NCBI GenBank assembly: GCA_964355335.1
Contig: CAYHDB010000002.1
Span: 3,192-67,191, forward strand
Direction: 5' to 3'
Source: an uncultured Candidatus Saccharibacteria bacterium
GTDB lineage: Bacteria; Patescibacteriota; Minisyncoccia; Phycocordibacterales; SIBU01
DNA: 64,000 bases
Numbering within the stretch: position 1 is the stretch's first letter; every line of letters starts with the position of its first letter. Shown here in pieces: positions 38,336 through 47,584 of the stretch. The notes under the pieces were generated by a model. It made no database searches. It was not told the origin of the DNA and saw only the letters and a list, made by a program, of their open reading frames with translations. A program made the position numbers and the translations under genes.

Positions 38336-40576
38336 CTATCCGTGCGAGAGAGTTGTCATTGCGACACCATCGGATAAGTTTCTTTTTGCTTCTGGTCCAA
38401 ACGGTATATTTATAAAACTGAAACGACCATCCGGTTTTTCTTCCCGAAACAGTTTTGTATACAACTCACCTGCGTTGTTTACTGCGCTATTGCACATCGT
38501 TGGCGTAAGCATGACAAGTATTTTATTTTTGGCTGTACATAACGGATTTTTCACTCTGGTATTGAGATATGCGAACGGGTATTTGGCGTTACAACCAAAA
38601 AGTTCTGCGGCGATTTGCGTGACCTCCACGATACAGAATTTTCCTCCAGTTTTTGATTTGAAGGTGTTGAAAGTACACGTTTTTGTCTCTTGATTTTCGA
38701 GAACGTGGATTGCGAGATCAATCTTTCCTTCGGTGGCCGTGTATTCTATAAGACCCTTGAAGTAATCTTTGTTTTTATCTATGAAGTTTTTGAAGTTTGC
38801 TCGTGTGGTTGTTTCTCGGAAGTAGTATTCGTTTTTTTTGTATGCGAGTACGTCGTTGTGTGACAAACCCTTTTGTTTCAGTAAAACACTATATTGGCAG
38901 GGTAAATTTTCTGCTCCTTTGAATAGTGAAAGCAATTCTTGGCGGTATGTGTCCGCAGTTTTCACTTCTGTGTTTGATGGTGAGTTGCGCAACTCATTAA
39001 TACCTGTTGTGTCGTTTGCGACAATCATGAGTTTCGCCTTAATCCCCTCTTGTTTAAGATTTTTTACGATGTCGGTTGCCACATCAAGTGTGAACAAGGG
39101 AAAGTCGGTCATGCCGAACTCTTCAAGGAGCGGAGCGAGACGTTCTGGTAGAACTCCCCGGATGCTTGGGTAAAATTTATTTTCTAGTGCGTCGGGAATA
39201 CCGAGAAAGTGTCCGCCCATTACAACCACTTCCGTTTCGGTTTTATCTGCAATTTCTTTTCTGATACGTGAAAGAATTTTTTCCGTGTTGTTTACGAAGT
39301 TTGTTTCAGTCGTGTACATGCGTTTTTTATAGTACTCCATATGTTGGTGCTGTGTTGTGTCACTTTGTATGGCGATAAATGCCAGTATCTCTTTGAGGAG
39401 TAGATCAACGTCTTCCTCGGTGTTATATACACCAAGACTTACTCGGATAGTTTCGGTACCCAATGCTTCTGCAAGAGGAAAAGCGCAATGCGAACCGTAT
39501 CGCACGCATATTTTTCTTTTTGTCAGGTGTTTTGTGAGATTTTTGTTTTTTCCGTTAAGGAGAGCGAACGACACTACACCTATTTTTTTATTTGTTTCTG
39601 TGGAACCATAGATTGTGACGCCGCCACACTTTTTGAGTCCGTCCAGAAGTCGTTTCGTTAAGGTTGTTTCATGCTCCCGTATCGCATGCATGCCTCCGAT
39701 TGAATAAATAAACCCAATGGCCTTTGATAGGCCGACTGCGTTCGCTGTGTTCGGCGTTCCTCCTTCAAGTGTAGACAGAGTTGTTTTGTAATCCGGTGAA
39801 AGACCTTTGTTTTGAGTGCTCGAAGTAAGTGTAATGTTTTCTACACTTCCCCCACCTGCTCTCACCGGAGCAAGTAGGCGATGCATGTTCTTATTAACAT
39901 AGAGTACTCCTATACCATCAGGCCCATACATTTTGTGTCCGGAAAATGCATAAAAGTCAGCTTGAATTTTTTTAACATCAACTGGGATGTGTGCGACCGC
40001 TTGAGCTCCGTCTACGATAAAAATGATGTTAGCGTTGAACTTTTTGAGCATTTCGCTGATCTCTTCAATATCGTTGATTGATCCCAGTACGTTTGAACAA
40101 TGATTAAGTGCAACGATTTTTGTTTTTGGTGTGAGGTGTGTTTTTACATGAAAAGCTGTTACCATGCCATTTTTCTGAAGCGAAATTAGCTTTATTTTTG
40201 CGCCCCGTGCCAATCCTTTTGTAAGAGGTAAAAGATTCGAGTGGTGCTCAGTAACAGATGTAAGAATTTCATCTCCCTCCCGAATGCTTCCAAGTATTGA
40301 ATCCATGGCGATGTGGAGGGAGTCTGTAGTGTTTCTGGTGAAAACAATTTCTTCCGATTCGGCATTGATAAAGCGTGCAACTGAACCTTTGGCGTTTTGA
40401 AGAAGTTTTTCTGATCGTGTGGCAAGTGCGTGACCGCTTCGGCCAGGATTTCCACGATATTCAAGGCTTTGATTTACACCTTGAATAACTGTGGCCGGCA
40501 CCTGTGTCGTTGCTGCGGAATCAAAATAGATGTAGTTGTTGTTCCTGAAGAAGGGAAATTTTTCTCTGGTTTGCAT
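38336..40576 (-). CDS. Cysteine desulfurase (class V aminotransferase, NifS/SufS-like) fused to a ~340-aa C-terminal domain of unknown function
   Basis: The N-terminal ~400 aa has the class-V fold pattern (..FDSAATTQVP.., ..SGHKMYGPDGIGVLY..). The C-terminal half (..VVVMGGHFLGIPDALE..) shows no recognised motif. Confidence 0.6.
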   Translation of the reverse strand: MQTREKFPFFRNNNYIYFDSAATTQVPATVIQGVNQSLEYRGNPGRSGHALATRSEKLLQNAKGSVARFINAESEEIVFTRNTTDSLHIAMDSILGSIREGDEILTSVTEHHSNLLPLTKGLARGAKIKLISLQKNGMVTAFHVKTHLTPKTKIVALNHCSNVLGSINDIEEISEMLKKFNANIIFIVDGAQAVAHIPVDVKKIQADFYAFSGHKMYGPDGIGVLYVNKNMHRLLAPVRAGGGSVENITLTSSTQNKGLSPDYKTTLSTLEGGTPNTANAVGLSKAIGFIYSIGGMHAIREHETTLTKRLLDGLKKCGGVTIYGSTETNKKIGVVSFALLNGKNKNLTKHLTKRKICVRYGSHCAFPLAEALGTETIRVSLGVYNTEEDVDLLLKEILAFIAIQSDTTQHQHMEYYKKRMYTTETNFVNNTEKILSRIRKEIADKTETEVVVMGGHFLGIPDALENKFYPSIRGVLPERLAPLLEEFGMTDFPLFTLDVATDIVKNLKQEGIKAKLMIVANDTTGINELRNSPSNTEVKTADTYRQELLSLFKGAENLPCQYSVLLKQKGLSHNDVLAYKKNEYYFRETTTRANFKNFIDKNKDYFKGLIEYTATEGKIDLAIHVLENQETKTCTFNTFKSKTGGKFCIVEVTQIAAELFGCNAKYPFAYLNTRVKNPLCTAKNKILVMLTPTMCNSAVNNAGELYTKLFREEKPDGRFSFINIPFGPEAKRNLSDGVAMTTLSHG

Positions 40577-40746
40577 AGTCGATAGACAAAGCTATCAGGC
40601 AACAATATACATCACATGTCAATTATTGTGTGAAGAATATATCAGTATCATAATAATATATGGCTAAAAATAAGCATAAATATGAATAGTGATATATTTT
40701 GTTCGTTCAGTTTGACAAAAATAACTGGTATTGCTATTCTTCGTGG

Positions 40747-41550
40747 ATGCAATTTAAGAATCCAGACCTGCTCCAAAAGCTCGAAAAATCCGGCTTTACT
40801 ATCAAAGAGTCGAAAGTGTACCTCGCCGTGCTGGAACTTGGCGGCGCTTTCCCCTCTCGGATCGCCGAATATGCTGGAATTAACCGGAGTACTACTTACG
40901 CAACACTTCTGAATCTTTCTGTGCGTGGATTGGTGAATGAAATCCAGAAACGTAACAAAATTTTCTATCAAGTAGAAAAACCGGCGAAGCTTATCGCTCA
41001 TGCGAAGGCCCAAGTGTCGCTTGCAGAGAACCGTCTTGAGAAGGCGCAGACGCTTGTCCCCGACATTGAAGGGTTGTATGCCGCTTTGACGAATCAACCG
41101 AGGGTCCGCTATTTCGAAGGAACGGATGGAATGATAGAAATTTACAAAGACATGCTGGAAGTGGAGAAAAAATATGAGATGATCGCGTTCTCGAACTCCG
41201 CACAACTTGAGAAGGTTTTTCCCGAGAAGTTTTTTGAACTTTTTAGGCGCACGAAAGAAAAAATTGGTATCACTACGCGTGGCATTATCCCCGATACGGA
41301 TGCTGATCGATCCTACAATAAAAAATTTTTCTCCGGATACAAACCGGAAATCGTCCCGAAGTTTCGCTATATACCGGCGAACGAGTTTCCGTTTAAAGGA
41401 GAAATTACTATCTATGCCGAAAACAAAGTCGCGATTGTGAATTTAAACAAAGAAAATCTCACCGGTATTATTATCGAAGACGAAACCATTCACAGAATGA
41501 TGCGCCTTATTTTCGAGCTTTCTTGGGATTCAAACCACGTTAAGGTTTAA
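40747..41550 (+). CDS. TrmB-family transcriptional regulator (paralog 1 of 4)
   Basis: wHTH ..TIKESKVYLAVLELGGAFPSRIAEYAGINRSTTYATLLNLSVRGLV.. plus TrmB C-terminal domain. Confidence 0.7.
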   Translation: MQFKNPDLLQKLEKSGFTIKESKVYLAVLELGGAFPSRIAEYAGINRSTTYATLLNLSVRGLVNEIQKRNKIFYQVEKPAKLIAHAKAQVSLAENRLEKAQTLVPDIEGLYAALTNQPRVRYFEGTDGMIEIYKDMLEVEKKYEMIAFSNSAQLEKVFPEKFFELFRRTKEKIGITTRGIIPDTDADRSYNKKFFSGYKPEIVPKFRYIPANEFPFKGEITIYAENKVAIVNLNKENLTGIIIEDETIHRMMRLIFELSWDSNHVKV

Positions 41551-41827
41551 CCTTATTGACGCTCTGGATTATAGAAAAACCATGAAGTAGTGCTAGACCC
41601 TCACCGGCTCCGGCAGGGTGTGCCAAATTAGGTTAAACATGGCACCTTGGATATCGGCAACTTCATTGCTTTTGACTGTCAGTGCGATTTGGAGCGATGT
41701 TGATGAAGCGGTTTTTGATAACAAAAAACTCGGAAAAGCCGTTCTATTGTCTAGAACAGTTCGGCGTGTGCATAGTGGTGTATGACGCTTTTGACAATCA
41801 ACCGCAGAACTCAGAAATACTAAAGGT

Positions 41828-42592
41828 ATGAATAACGAGAAAATGTTAAACGAACTCCGAACATTACTTGGCCGAAGTGTTCCGTTTGAAATCTGGAATC
41901 AAAGTACGAACGAAGTCATTGTTCCGGTCAACTATCCAATTACGGAAGAAATGCTCCCCAAGATGGCCGAGCAAGTTGAATTACTGGCATACAGCGGTAT
42001 CGATGGTGTCGTGACGCCAATGATTGCGAGATATGCGCTTCCAAGCACGAAAATTCTTCTTGGAAACCTAAAGCGTGATCCGAATATGATGAGAAATTGG
42101 ATCATCAACCGATATCGATCGGCCGGCGATATACCAACAGATCTTGGTAATGAGGAGTGGGAAATCAAATGGTGGCATGAAGAAGCGTCTAAGTTGTGCC
42201 TGATCGATCCGTTGGAAGTAATACTTGTTTCTCGAGAGGAAATGAAATACTGTCACAACATGCCTTTGGACGCTCTAGCGCTTTGTTTCTTTCTCAAGAA
42301 CCCTCACCTCATACCGAAGTATTGGGAAGATACACGCATAGTTTTATTTGACGGTACGATATTCTCTGCAGGTTGTAGCAGGAAGCGTAAGTTAAGAGAG
42401 CTCATGGAAGCCCTTGCGCCTAAGGACATGCACGAAAGTATTGCACACGTTGCCGGCATCGAGGATACCGAAAAACCAACCCTTTTCACGCTGGCACTGA
42501 TGTTTAAGGCGAAACAGTGGTACTGGTGTTGCTTTGATCCGTATCACTACGAGTTGAAACAGTTTAAAGTGGCAACGTTGAAAATCACCTGA
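41828..42592 (+). CDS. Hypothetical protein (254 aa, Trp/Cys-rich)
   Basis: No recognisable motifs. GTGCCA-N14-TGGCAC palindrome at 41625-41655 upstream. Confidence 0.4.
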   Translation: MNNEKMLNELRTLLGRSVPFEIWNQSTNEVIVPVNYPITEEMLPKMAEQVELLAYSGIDGVVTPMIARYALPSTKILLGNLKRDPNMMRNWIINRYRSAGDIPTDLGNEEWEIKWWHEEASKLCLIDPLEVILVSREEMKYCHNMPLDALALCFFLKNPHLIPKYWEDTRIVLFDGTIFSAGCSRKRKLRELMEALAPKDMHESIAHVAGIEDTEKPTLFTLALMFKAKQWYWCCFDPYHYELKQFKVATLKIT

Positions 42593-42690
42593 TTCGAGAG
42601 GGCTATGGGGAATCCCGTATACAAAAGGGGTCTAGCATACTCCCCTTTTTGAAGTTCTAGAGCTAAATCATTGATAGAAAATACTTCAAT

Positions 42691-42987
42691 ATGAACACTA
42701 GGATGTTTCAGGGAACATACGTGAAGGTTCGTGGCGGACAATTTGTTGTCGCTCGACCATCGGAGAAGCCAGGTTTTTGGGTTTTGGAAATGAAAAGAAA
42801 ACGCAGAGGCCAAGCAGAACGCGTTGTGTCTGTTGTGGAACTTTCGGAGCAAGAAATTCTCACTTTGCGTGCAGAAGAATGCGCTGACGAAGCGATTCGC
42901 GAGTTTGCAACAAGAGAGTCGCCCCAGAAAGATCGAGCACGGCTAAAGTATCTCTTAGTTCGAACAGAATCAAAAGAAGAGGATTAA
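42691..42987 (+). CDS. Small basic hypothetical protein
   Basis: 98 aa. Followed by terminator taaataccggcaatcaaaacgattgccggttttctttttt (42986-43025). Confidence 0.4.
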   Translation: MNTRMFQGTYVKVRGGQFVVARPSEKPGFWVLEMKRKRRGQAERVVSVVELSEQEILTLRAEECADEAIREFATRESPQKDRARLKYLLVRTESKEED

Positions 42988-43513
42988 ATACCGGCAATCA
43001 AAACGATTGCCGGTTTTCTTTTTTCAAGTTTCGTTTATCGACTACCCCAGCACCAATTTTGCTTTTTCAAGATAATTTCTTTACTGAGTGTGTTATTCGT
43101 TTTAAATAGTAGGTCAATGCGCTTCGCCGACTAGGTAAGTGCTATTCGCACACGCACATTAGGCCTTAAACTATAAGCAAAATTGATGCGGGGTCCGCGA
43201 AAATCACAGTCGTGTCCTTTAGGCACTCCTTGATTTTCGGGAGTTATCCACAGTTTGTCTTTTACTTGTCCTTTACAGGTGATATACTGTTTGCAGGTCA
43301 GTAGCGGATGTGCCGCTCTGACAAATAGGTCTTTGATAGTCAAAACTCTTGACTCTGAGATTCTAGAAAGTTTCTACTTTCGTTAAAAAATATTTTCTCA
43401 CACATCTTTAAAATTCGGAAAATATATTTTTTTAACCCGAGAAAGCGACAAGACAGAATCTCCTATTTAAACCGCCACAAGCAAAAGTATTGCATTAGAG
43501 CATGTCCCAGTGT

Positions 43514-43522
43514 TTATCCACC
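43514..43522. promoter_or_regulatory. Perfect DnaA-box-like TTATCCACC in the loop of a 10-bp hairpin (tagagcatgt..acatgctcta) in a 680-nt noncoding region
   Basis: Read directly at 43496-43545. Terminator ccgcctgtaggcggtttctctt follows at 43553-43578. Confidence 0.3.
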
Positions 43523-43718
43523 GATGAACCTTGAAACATGCTCTAAACATTACAACCGCCTGTAGGCGGTTTCTCTTATAATCGAAAATTTCGGCACATT
43601 TCTTTGTTGCTTCGCCCATTTGCTCCCGCGGAGTACTGTTCGTACACCTTGGTCGCAAGCCGAGCTCGCGCCTCGAACTGTGCACGTAATTTTCAATTAT
43701 AAGCCCCGTATTTGCTAG

Positions 43719-45329
43719 TTATTCCACGTGATACTTCCCTCTTATCTCTTTTATATTTTCCTCCTCAAGCTTGTCTTTTTTGTCTTTACCCTTATCTGCC
43801 AACGTTTTAAGCTCTTTTTCAGATAATTGTGAAAGTTCCGTTGCACGTTTCACCAGAAACATCTCCTCATTAAGCTCAGGTTTTTCAAGTACTTCTTCCA
43901 TCAAAGCATTTAAAATATGGCCAACCTTCGGTCCCGGTGTTACATGTGTAACCTCCATTATCTTATTTCCATCAATCTTGAGCATTCCGACAGACACCGG
44001 ATCTCTCATGACTTCCTCAAGCATTGCCTTATACTTTCTGAGTCTATAAGGGTTTTCCTTCGGTCTCCCGGTACCGATACGGTCACAAATACGAAGATTC
44101 ATCAGATCCCATACGTTGTCGTGGCCCACCTTAGCCAGTAAACGCCTGACGGCTGAAGGGGTAATTTGTTCGGTATCTGAGAAAAACATATGCCAACGTA
44201 CCATTTTCGATACTTTTTCTATTGTTTTCACGGGAAACCTCATCCTTTCTAGGATTTTCTTGGTTACCCGAGATCCTACAACCTCGTGGCCGTAAAATGT
44301 ATATTGTTTTGTTTCAGGTGAAACTCTCCGTGTTTCTGGCTTGGAAACATCATGAAAAAGAGCAGAAAGCCTTATTTCTAGAGACCATTTCTTGTCAGCG
44401 GCGTGTTGGAGCGACCTTAGGAGGTGTTCCCATACCTCAAAGGCATGAGCTTGATTTTGTTTTATACCTATTCCGGCCTCTAGCTCTGGCGCGATGTATT
44501 TCAAGATACCCAACTTTTGGCTAAGAATAATGCCAATCATAGGGTTGTCGGACATAAGAATCCTTATGAACTCGTCGCGAATTCTCTCCTGAGCAATACC
44601 CTTAAGTAAATCAGCGTATTTCTGTATTGCAACAGCAGTTTCGGATTCTATGGTGAAACTCAGCTCAGTGGAAATTCTAACGGCACGGAGCATTCTAAGG
44701 GCATCCTCGGCGAATCTATCATGAGGATCACCGACAGTGCGGAGTACTTTCTTGGAAATATCCTCTTGTCCTTTATAGAGGTCGGTCAGCTGTCCTTTAT
44801 AATATAACGCGCCGGTTTGGCGCATTTCTTTGTTGCTTCCTCCTCCCTCTCCCGCGCTGTAGGATACTACCGCTTGGTCGCGTTGCTCGGTCGCGCCTCG
44901 AACTGCATCCAAACCGACGTGTTCTATATCCAAAGCAATCGCATTCACAGTAAAATCCCGTCTTTGCAAGTCGTCCTCGAGTTTCTTGCTCCAAGATACA
45001 CTATCCGGCCTCCTTTTGTCGGAATAGTCCGATTCAAGCCGATAAGGAGTCACCTCCACAATCTTCAATGTCTCATCCGACGCTGTTTCGTTGACTACCC
45101 CCACTGTACCGTACTTGTTTTCGTAAAAAGTCTTTGGAAATAAGCCTATAATCTCCTCGGGAGTAGCATTCGTGGTGAAATCCCAGTCTTTCGGCTTTCT
45201 TTTTAGGAGTATGTCGCGGACACAGCCACCTATCAAATAAGCCTCAAATCCAGCCTTTTTTAAGGTTTCTGAGACTTTGGTGACTTCATCAGGTAAGTCA
45301 AAAGTAGTTTTGCCCTTTGTGATTGCCAT
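43719..45329 (-). CDS. cca: CCA-adding tRNA nucleotidyltransferase with C-terminal HD domain, carrying an in-frame ~30-aa GC-rich insertion
   Basis: Pol-beta NT motif ..LIGGCVRDILL... ..RRDFTVNAIA... HD ..ALFHDVSKP... Insert ..GATEQRDQAVVSYSAGEGGGSNKEMRQTGALYYKG.. interrupts the conserved ..D..G(G).DL....ir.vg.p.. block. Confidence 0.8.
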   Translation of the reverse strand: MAITKGKTTFDLPDEVTKVSETLKKAGFEAYLIGGCVRDILLKRKPKDWDFTTNATPEEIIGLFPKTFYENKYGTVGVVNETASDETLKIVEVTPYRLESDYSDKRRPDSVSWSKKLEDDLQRRDFTVNAIALDIEHVGLDAVRGATEQRDQAVVSYSAGEGGGSNKEMRQTGALYYKGQLTDLYKGQEDISKKVLRTVGDPHDRFAEDALRMLRAVRISTELSFTIESETAVAIQKYADLLKGIAQERIRDEFIRILMSDNPMIGIILSQKLGILKYIAPELEAGIGIKQNQAHAFEVWEHLLRSLQHAADKKWSLEIRLSALFHDVSKPETRRVSPETKQYTFYGHEVVGSRVTKKILERMRFPVKTIEKVSKMVRWHMFFSDTEQITPSAVRRLLAKVGHDNVWDLMNLRICDRIGTGRPKENPYRLRKYKAMLEEVMRDPVSVGMLKIDGNKIMEVTHVTPGPKVGHILNALMEEVLEKPELNEEMFLVKRATELSQLSEKELKTLADKGKDKKDKLEEENIKEIRGKYHVE

Positions 45330-45388
45330 TTCAAATATTTTATTACAACTTTCAGTTTTTCCCTAATTAGCGTATCATTGTGACAATT

Positions 45389-45460
45389 GCGCCCATGGTG
45401 AAACGGATATCATAAATGCCTTCGAAGCATTCGTTGTAGGTTCGAGTCCTACTGGGCGCA
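45389..45460 (+). tRNA. tRNA-Arg (anticodon TCG)
   Basis: Acceptor GCGCCCA/TGGGCGC. Anticodon arm AATGC-CTTCGAA-GCATT. T-arm GTAGG-TTCGAGT-CCTAC. Bidirectional terminator aaaaaacctccactgctggaggtttttt follows. Confidence 0.75.
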
Positions 45461-45565
45461 CACATAGCAAAAAACCTCCACTGCTGGAGGTTTTTTGCTA
45501 TGTGTGCGAGCCGGAGGTGTGGTCAATTTTTCCAAAACCGAACCCGTGTGATATACTTCTATGAC

Positions 45566-46249
45566 ATGCGAAAAGATAAGGAAAAAGCTCAAGTTTTGCG
45601 AAAGATCGGTAAAAGTTATAATGAAATAAAAGAGGAACTTGGTGTTCCGAAAGCTACTCTTTCCGATTGGTTCAGAGGACAAGCTTGGTCGAAAGAACTT
45701 TCAATAAAGCTCGTTGAGAAAGCAAGTGGCGCACACACAGTTCGAATTCAGGAACTGAATAGAATTCGCGGTGAAAACCTAAAAAAACTATACCTGGAGG
45801 CAGAAAATGAGGCGGTAGCAGAGTTTGAATTGCTTAAATATCACCCCCTGTTTATAGCCGGCTTAATGATTTACTGGGGCGAGGGCAACAAAGTATCGAA
45901 AAATCGTTGCTCGATTGCTAATACGGAACCTTTAATGATAAAGTTGTTCTTGTTATTTCTGAAAAATATTTGCAGGTTCAAGGGTTCCAAAATCAAGGCT
46001 TGGATTCTGATTTATCCGGATCTCGATGAAAAATTGTGTAAAAGTTTTTGGGTGGGAAAAACAGGTTTATCATATGAAAATTTTACAAAAAGTATGCTTA
46101 TTCAGGGTAAGCATAAAACAAACCGATTGTCATTCGGTGTTTGCAGTGTTGGGGTTTCTAGTGCATACTTAAAGCGAAAGATTTTGAAATGGATTGAATT
46201 ACTTGCTTTGGATTTGGTTAAAGAAAATTACATTGCGGGCATGGTTTAG
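45566..46249 (+). CDS. Hypothetical protein with N-terminal helix-turn-helix and a weak LAGLIDADG-like segment (..LFIAGLMIYWGEGNK..), between two tRNA genes
   Basis: Start MRKDKEKAQVLRKIGKSYNEIKEELGVPKATLSDWF (helix-turn-helix). The 3' end overlaps tRNA-Gly by ~15 nt. Confidence 0.4.
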   Translation: MRKDKEKAQVLRKIGKSYNEIKEELGVPKATLSDWFRGQAWSKELSIKLVEKASGAHTVRIQELNRIRGENLKKLYLEAENEAVAEFELLKYHPLFIAGLMIYWGEGNKVSKNRCSIANTEPLMIKLFLLFLKNICRFKGSKIKAWILIYPDLDEKLCKSFWVGKTGLSYENFTKSMLIQGKHKTNRLSFGVCSVGVSSAYLKRKILKWIELLALDLVKENYIAGMV

Positions 46250-46307
46250 CGGTATAACGTTACCTTGCCAAGGTAAAAATCCGGGTTCGACTCCCGGTGC
46301 CCGCACC
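46235..46307 (+). tRNA. tRNA-Gly (anticodon GCC)
   Basis: Acceptor GCGGGCA/TGCCCGC. D-arm GTT-TAGCGGTAT-AAC. Anticodon arm TTACC-TTGCCAA-GGTAA. T-arm CCGGG-TTCGACT-CCCGG. Confidence 0.8.
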
Positions 46308-46441
46308 GAAGTGAATACGAGGAAGGAGCAAGCCCCGATGGTTATCGGGGCGCCCGGGAGACGAAGCCCGATTGAGCCGAGCGTCTGAGCGAGCCAATCG
46401 GGGTACTGAAGCTGTAAGCTTCGATTCCCGGTGCCCGCACA
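46308..46441 (+). repeat. tRNA-linked structured repeat, copy 1: GC-rich hairpins, conserved module ccaatcggggtactgaagctgtaag, then a duplicate of the tRNA-Gly(GCC) T-loop/3' end (cttcgattcccggtgcccgcaca)
   Basis: Duplicate at 46419-46441 versus tRNA 3' gggttcgactcccggtgcccgcacc. Stem CCGATTG/CAATCGG. Confidence 0.7.
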
Positions 46442-46718
46442 GCGAGAAATATACAGGTCTAGCTTACCTAATTTGAAAAAAAGGAGATTCAGTTGACGAA
46501 GATATATCGAAAAGACATTTATCCTCTGTCAAATCAGGTCTCAGACAGACCCTTATTACTAGGCGTTTTGATCAAAACTGGGGATAACTATGTGGATGTG
46601 TGTATAAAAGACAGGACCAATTTGTCCGTTTATTTGTCTCTGTTTGTGTGAAAACGGCTCTAAATAAGCATTTTTTGTAAAAGACGGGCAAATATCGCTA
46701 ACACGAGATGGGTTTCAC

Positions 46719-47150
46719 GTGAAAGCACCATATATGTTTCCCAAGAAACAAAAGAGAACGAAAAAACAAGTTGTGGGATTATTAGGTGAGGATATTTCGG
46801 CTAGATTCCTTGAAGAAAAGGGATATTCCGTTGTTTGTAGGAACTATAGGAAGAAGTACGGAGAAATAGATATTATCGCGAGAAGAAAGGACAAAATATA
46901 TTTTATCGAGGTGAAGACAGTATCTAGAGATAACCTTGCGGACAAAGTGTCCGATTCTGCGGATTTGGCAAGACCTGAGGATAATGTCCACCCAGACAAG
47001 CTGAAACGTCTGTCTCGGACAATCCAGGCTTATTTGGCTGAGAATTCGATGGGGGAAGAGGATGAGTGGCAATTTGACGTTATCACTGTTCTGCTCGACG
47101 TGAAGAATAAAATTGCGAGAGTTAAAAGATTGGAGGATATAATTTTGTGA
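46719..47150 (+). CDS. yraN: YraN-family (UPF0102) endonuclease-like protein
   Basis: ..GEDISARFLEEKGYSVVCRNYRKKYGEIDIIARRKDKIYFIEVKT.. Signature GE(I/L)D(I/L)IA. Confidence 0.75.
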   Translation: MKAPYMFPKKQKRTKKQVVGLLGEDISARFLEEKGYSVVCRNYRKKYGEIDIIARRKDKIYFIEVKTVSRDNLADKVSDSADLARPEDNVHPDKLKRLSRTIQAYLAENSMGEEDEWQFDVITVLLDVKNKIARVKRLEDIIL

Positions 47151-47191
47151 TTTTTGGCTGTTTCAAATATCTGTGATAAGCTTTGTTTTCT

Positions 47192-47260
47192 GAAGTAAAT
47201 CGGGGCGTAGTATAGTGGTAGTATATACGCTTTGGGAGCGTACGGTCCGAGTTCGATTCT
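47192..47260 (+). tRNA. tRNA-Pro (anticodon TGG)
   Basis: Acceptor GGGGCGT/GCGCCCC. D-arm TATA-GTGGTAG-TATA. Anticodon arm TACGC-TTTGGGA-GCGTA. T-arm CCGAG-TTCGATT-CTCGG. Confidence 0.75.
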
Positions 47261-47545
47261 CGGCGCCCCGACAATAGCGAGCGAAGCGGCGATTGTCGGG
47301 GCGAGGAAGCGCTGGGGCGCTTCCGTCCGAGAATCGAAGCCTCGTTGAGCATACTTTTGAGCTTCTGAGCGACAAAAGTATCCAACGAGGGTACTGAAAC
47401 TGTAAGTTTCGATTCTCGGCGCAGTTTTTTGTGACGACATAAGTATATTCGCGGGCGATTCTTGGCCAGAAAAACCAATCGGGGTACCTGCCTACCGGCA
47501 GGCAGGCTGCTCCTGTAAGGAGAGATTCTCGTCGTCCCTACACGC
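47261..47545 (+). repeat. tRNA-linked structured repeat, copy 2 (two modules). The long hairpin ccgagaatcgaa-gcctcgttg-[ATACTTTTG..CAAAAGTAT]-caacgagg-gtactgaaactgtaag-tttcgattctcggcgc duplicates the tRNA-Pro T-loop/3' end. A second ccaatcggggtac..ctcctgtaaggagagattctc module follows.
   Basis: Duplicate at 47407-47422. Module at 47382-47406. The listed minus-strand ORFs 47030..47440 and 47122..47595 cover this region and are considered spurious. Confidence 0.7.
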
Positions 47546-47584
47546 AGGAAGCACTTGATATGTAAAAAGATAAAATCTTTTCGA

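Noticed and set aside
40648-41205. ORF 40648..41205 (minus) antisense to the TrmB gene
   Set aside because: Antisense overlap with a well-supported wHTH regulator. No motif.
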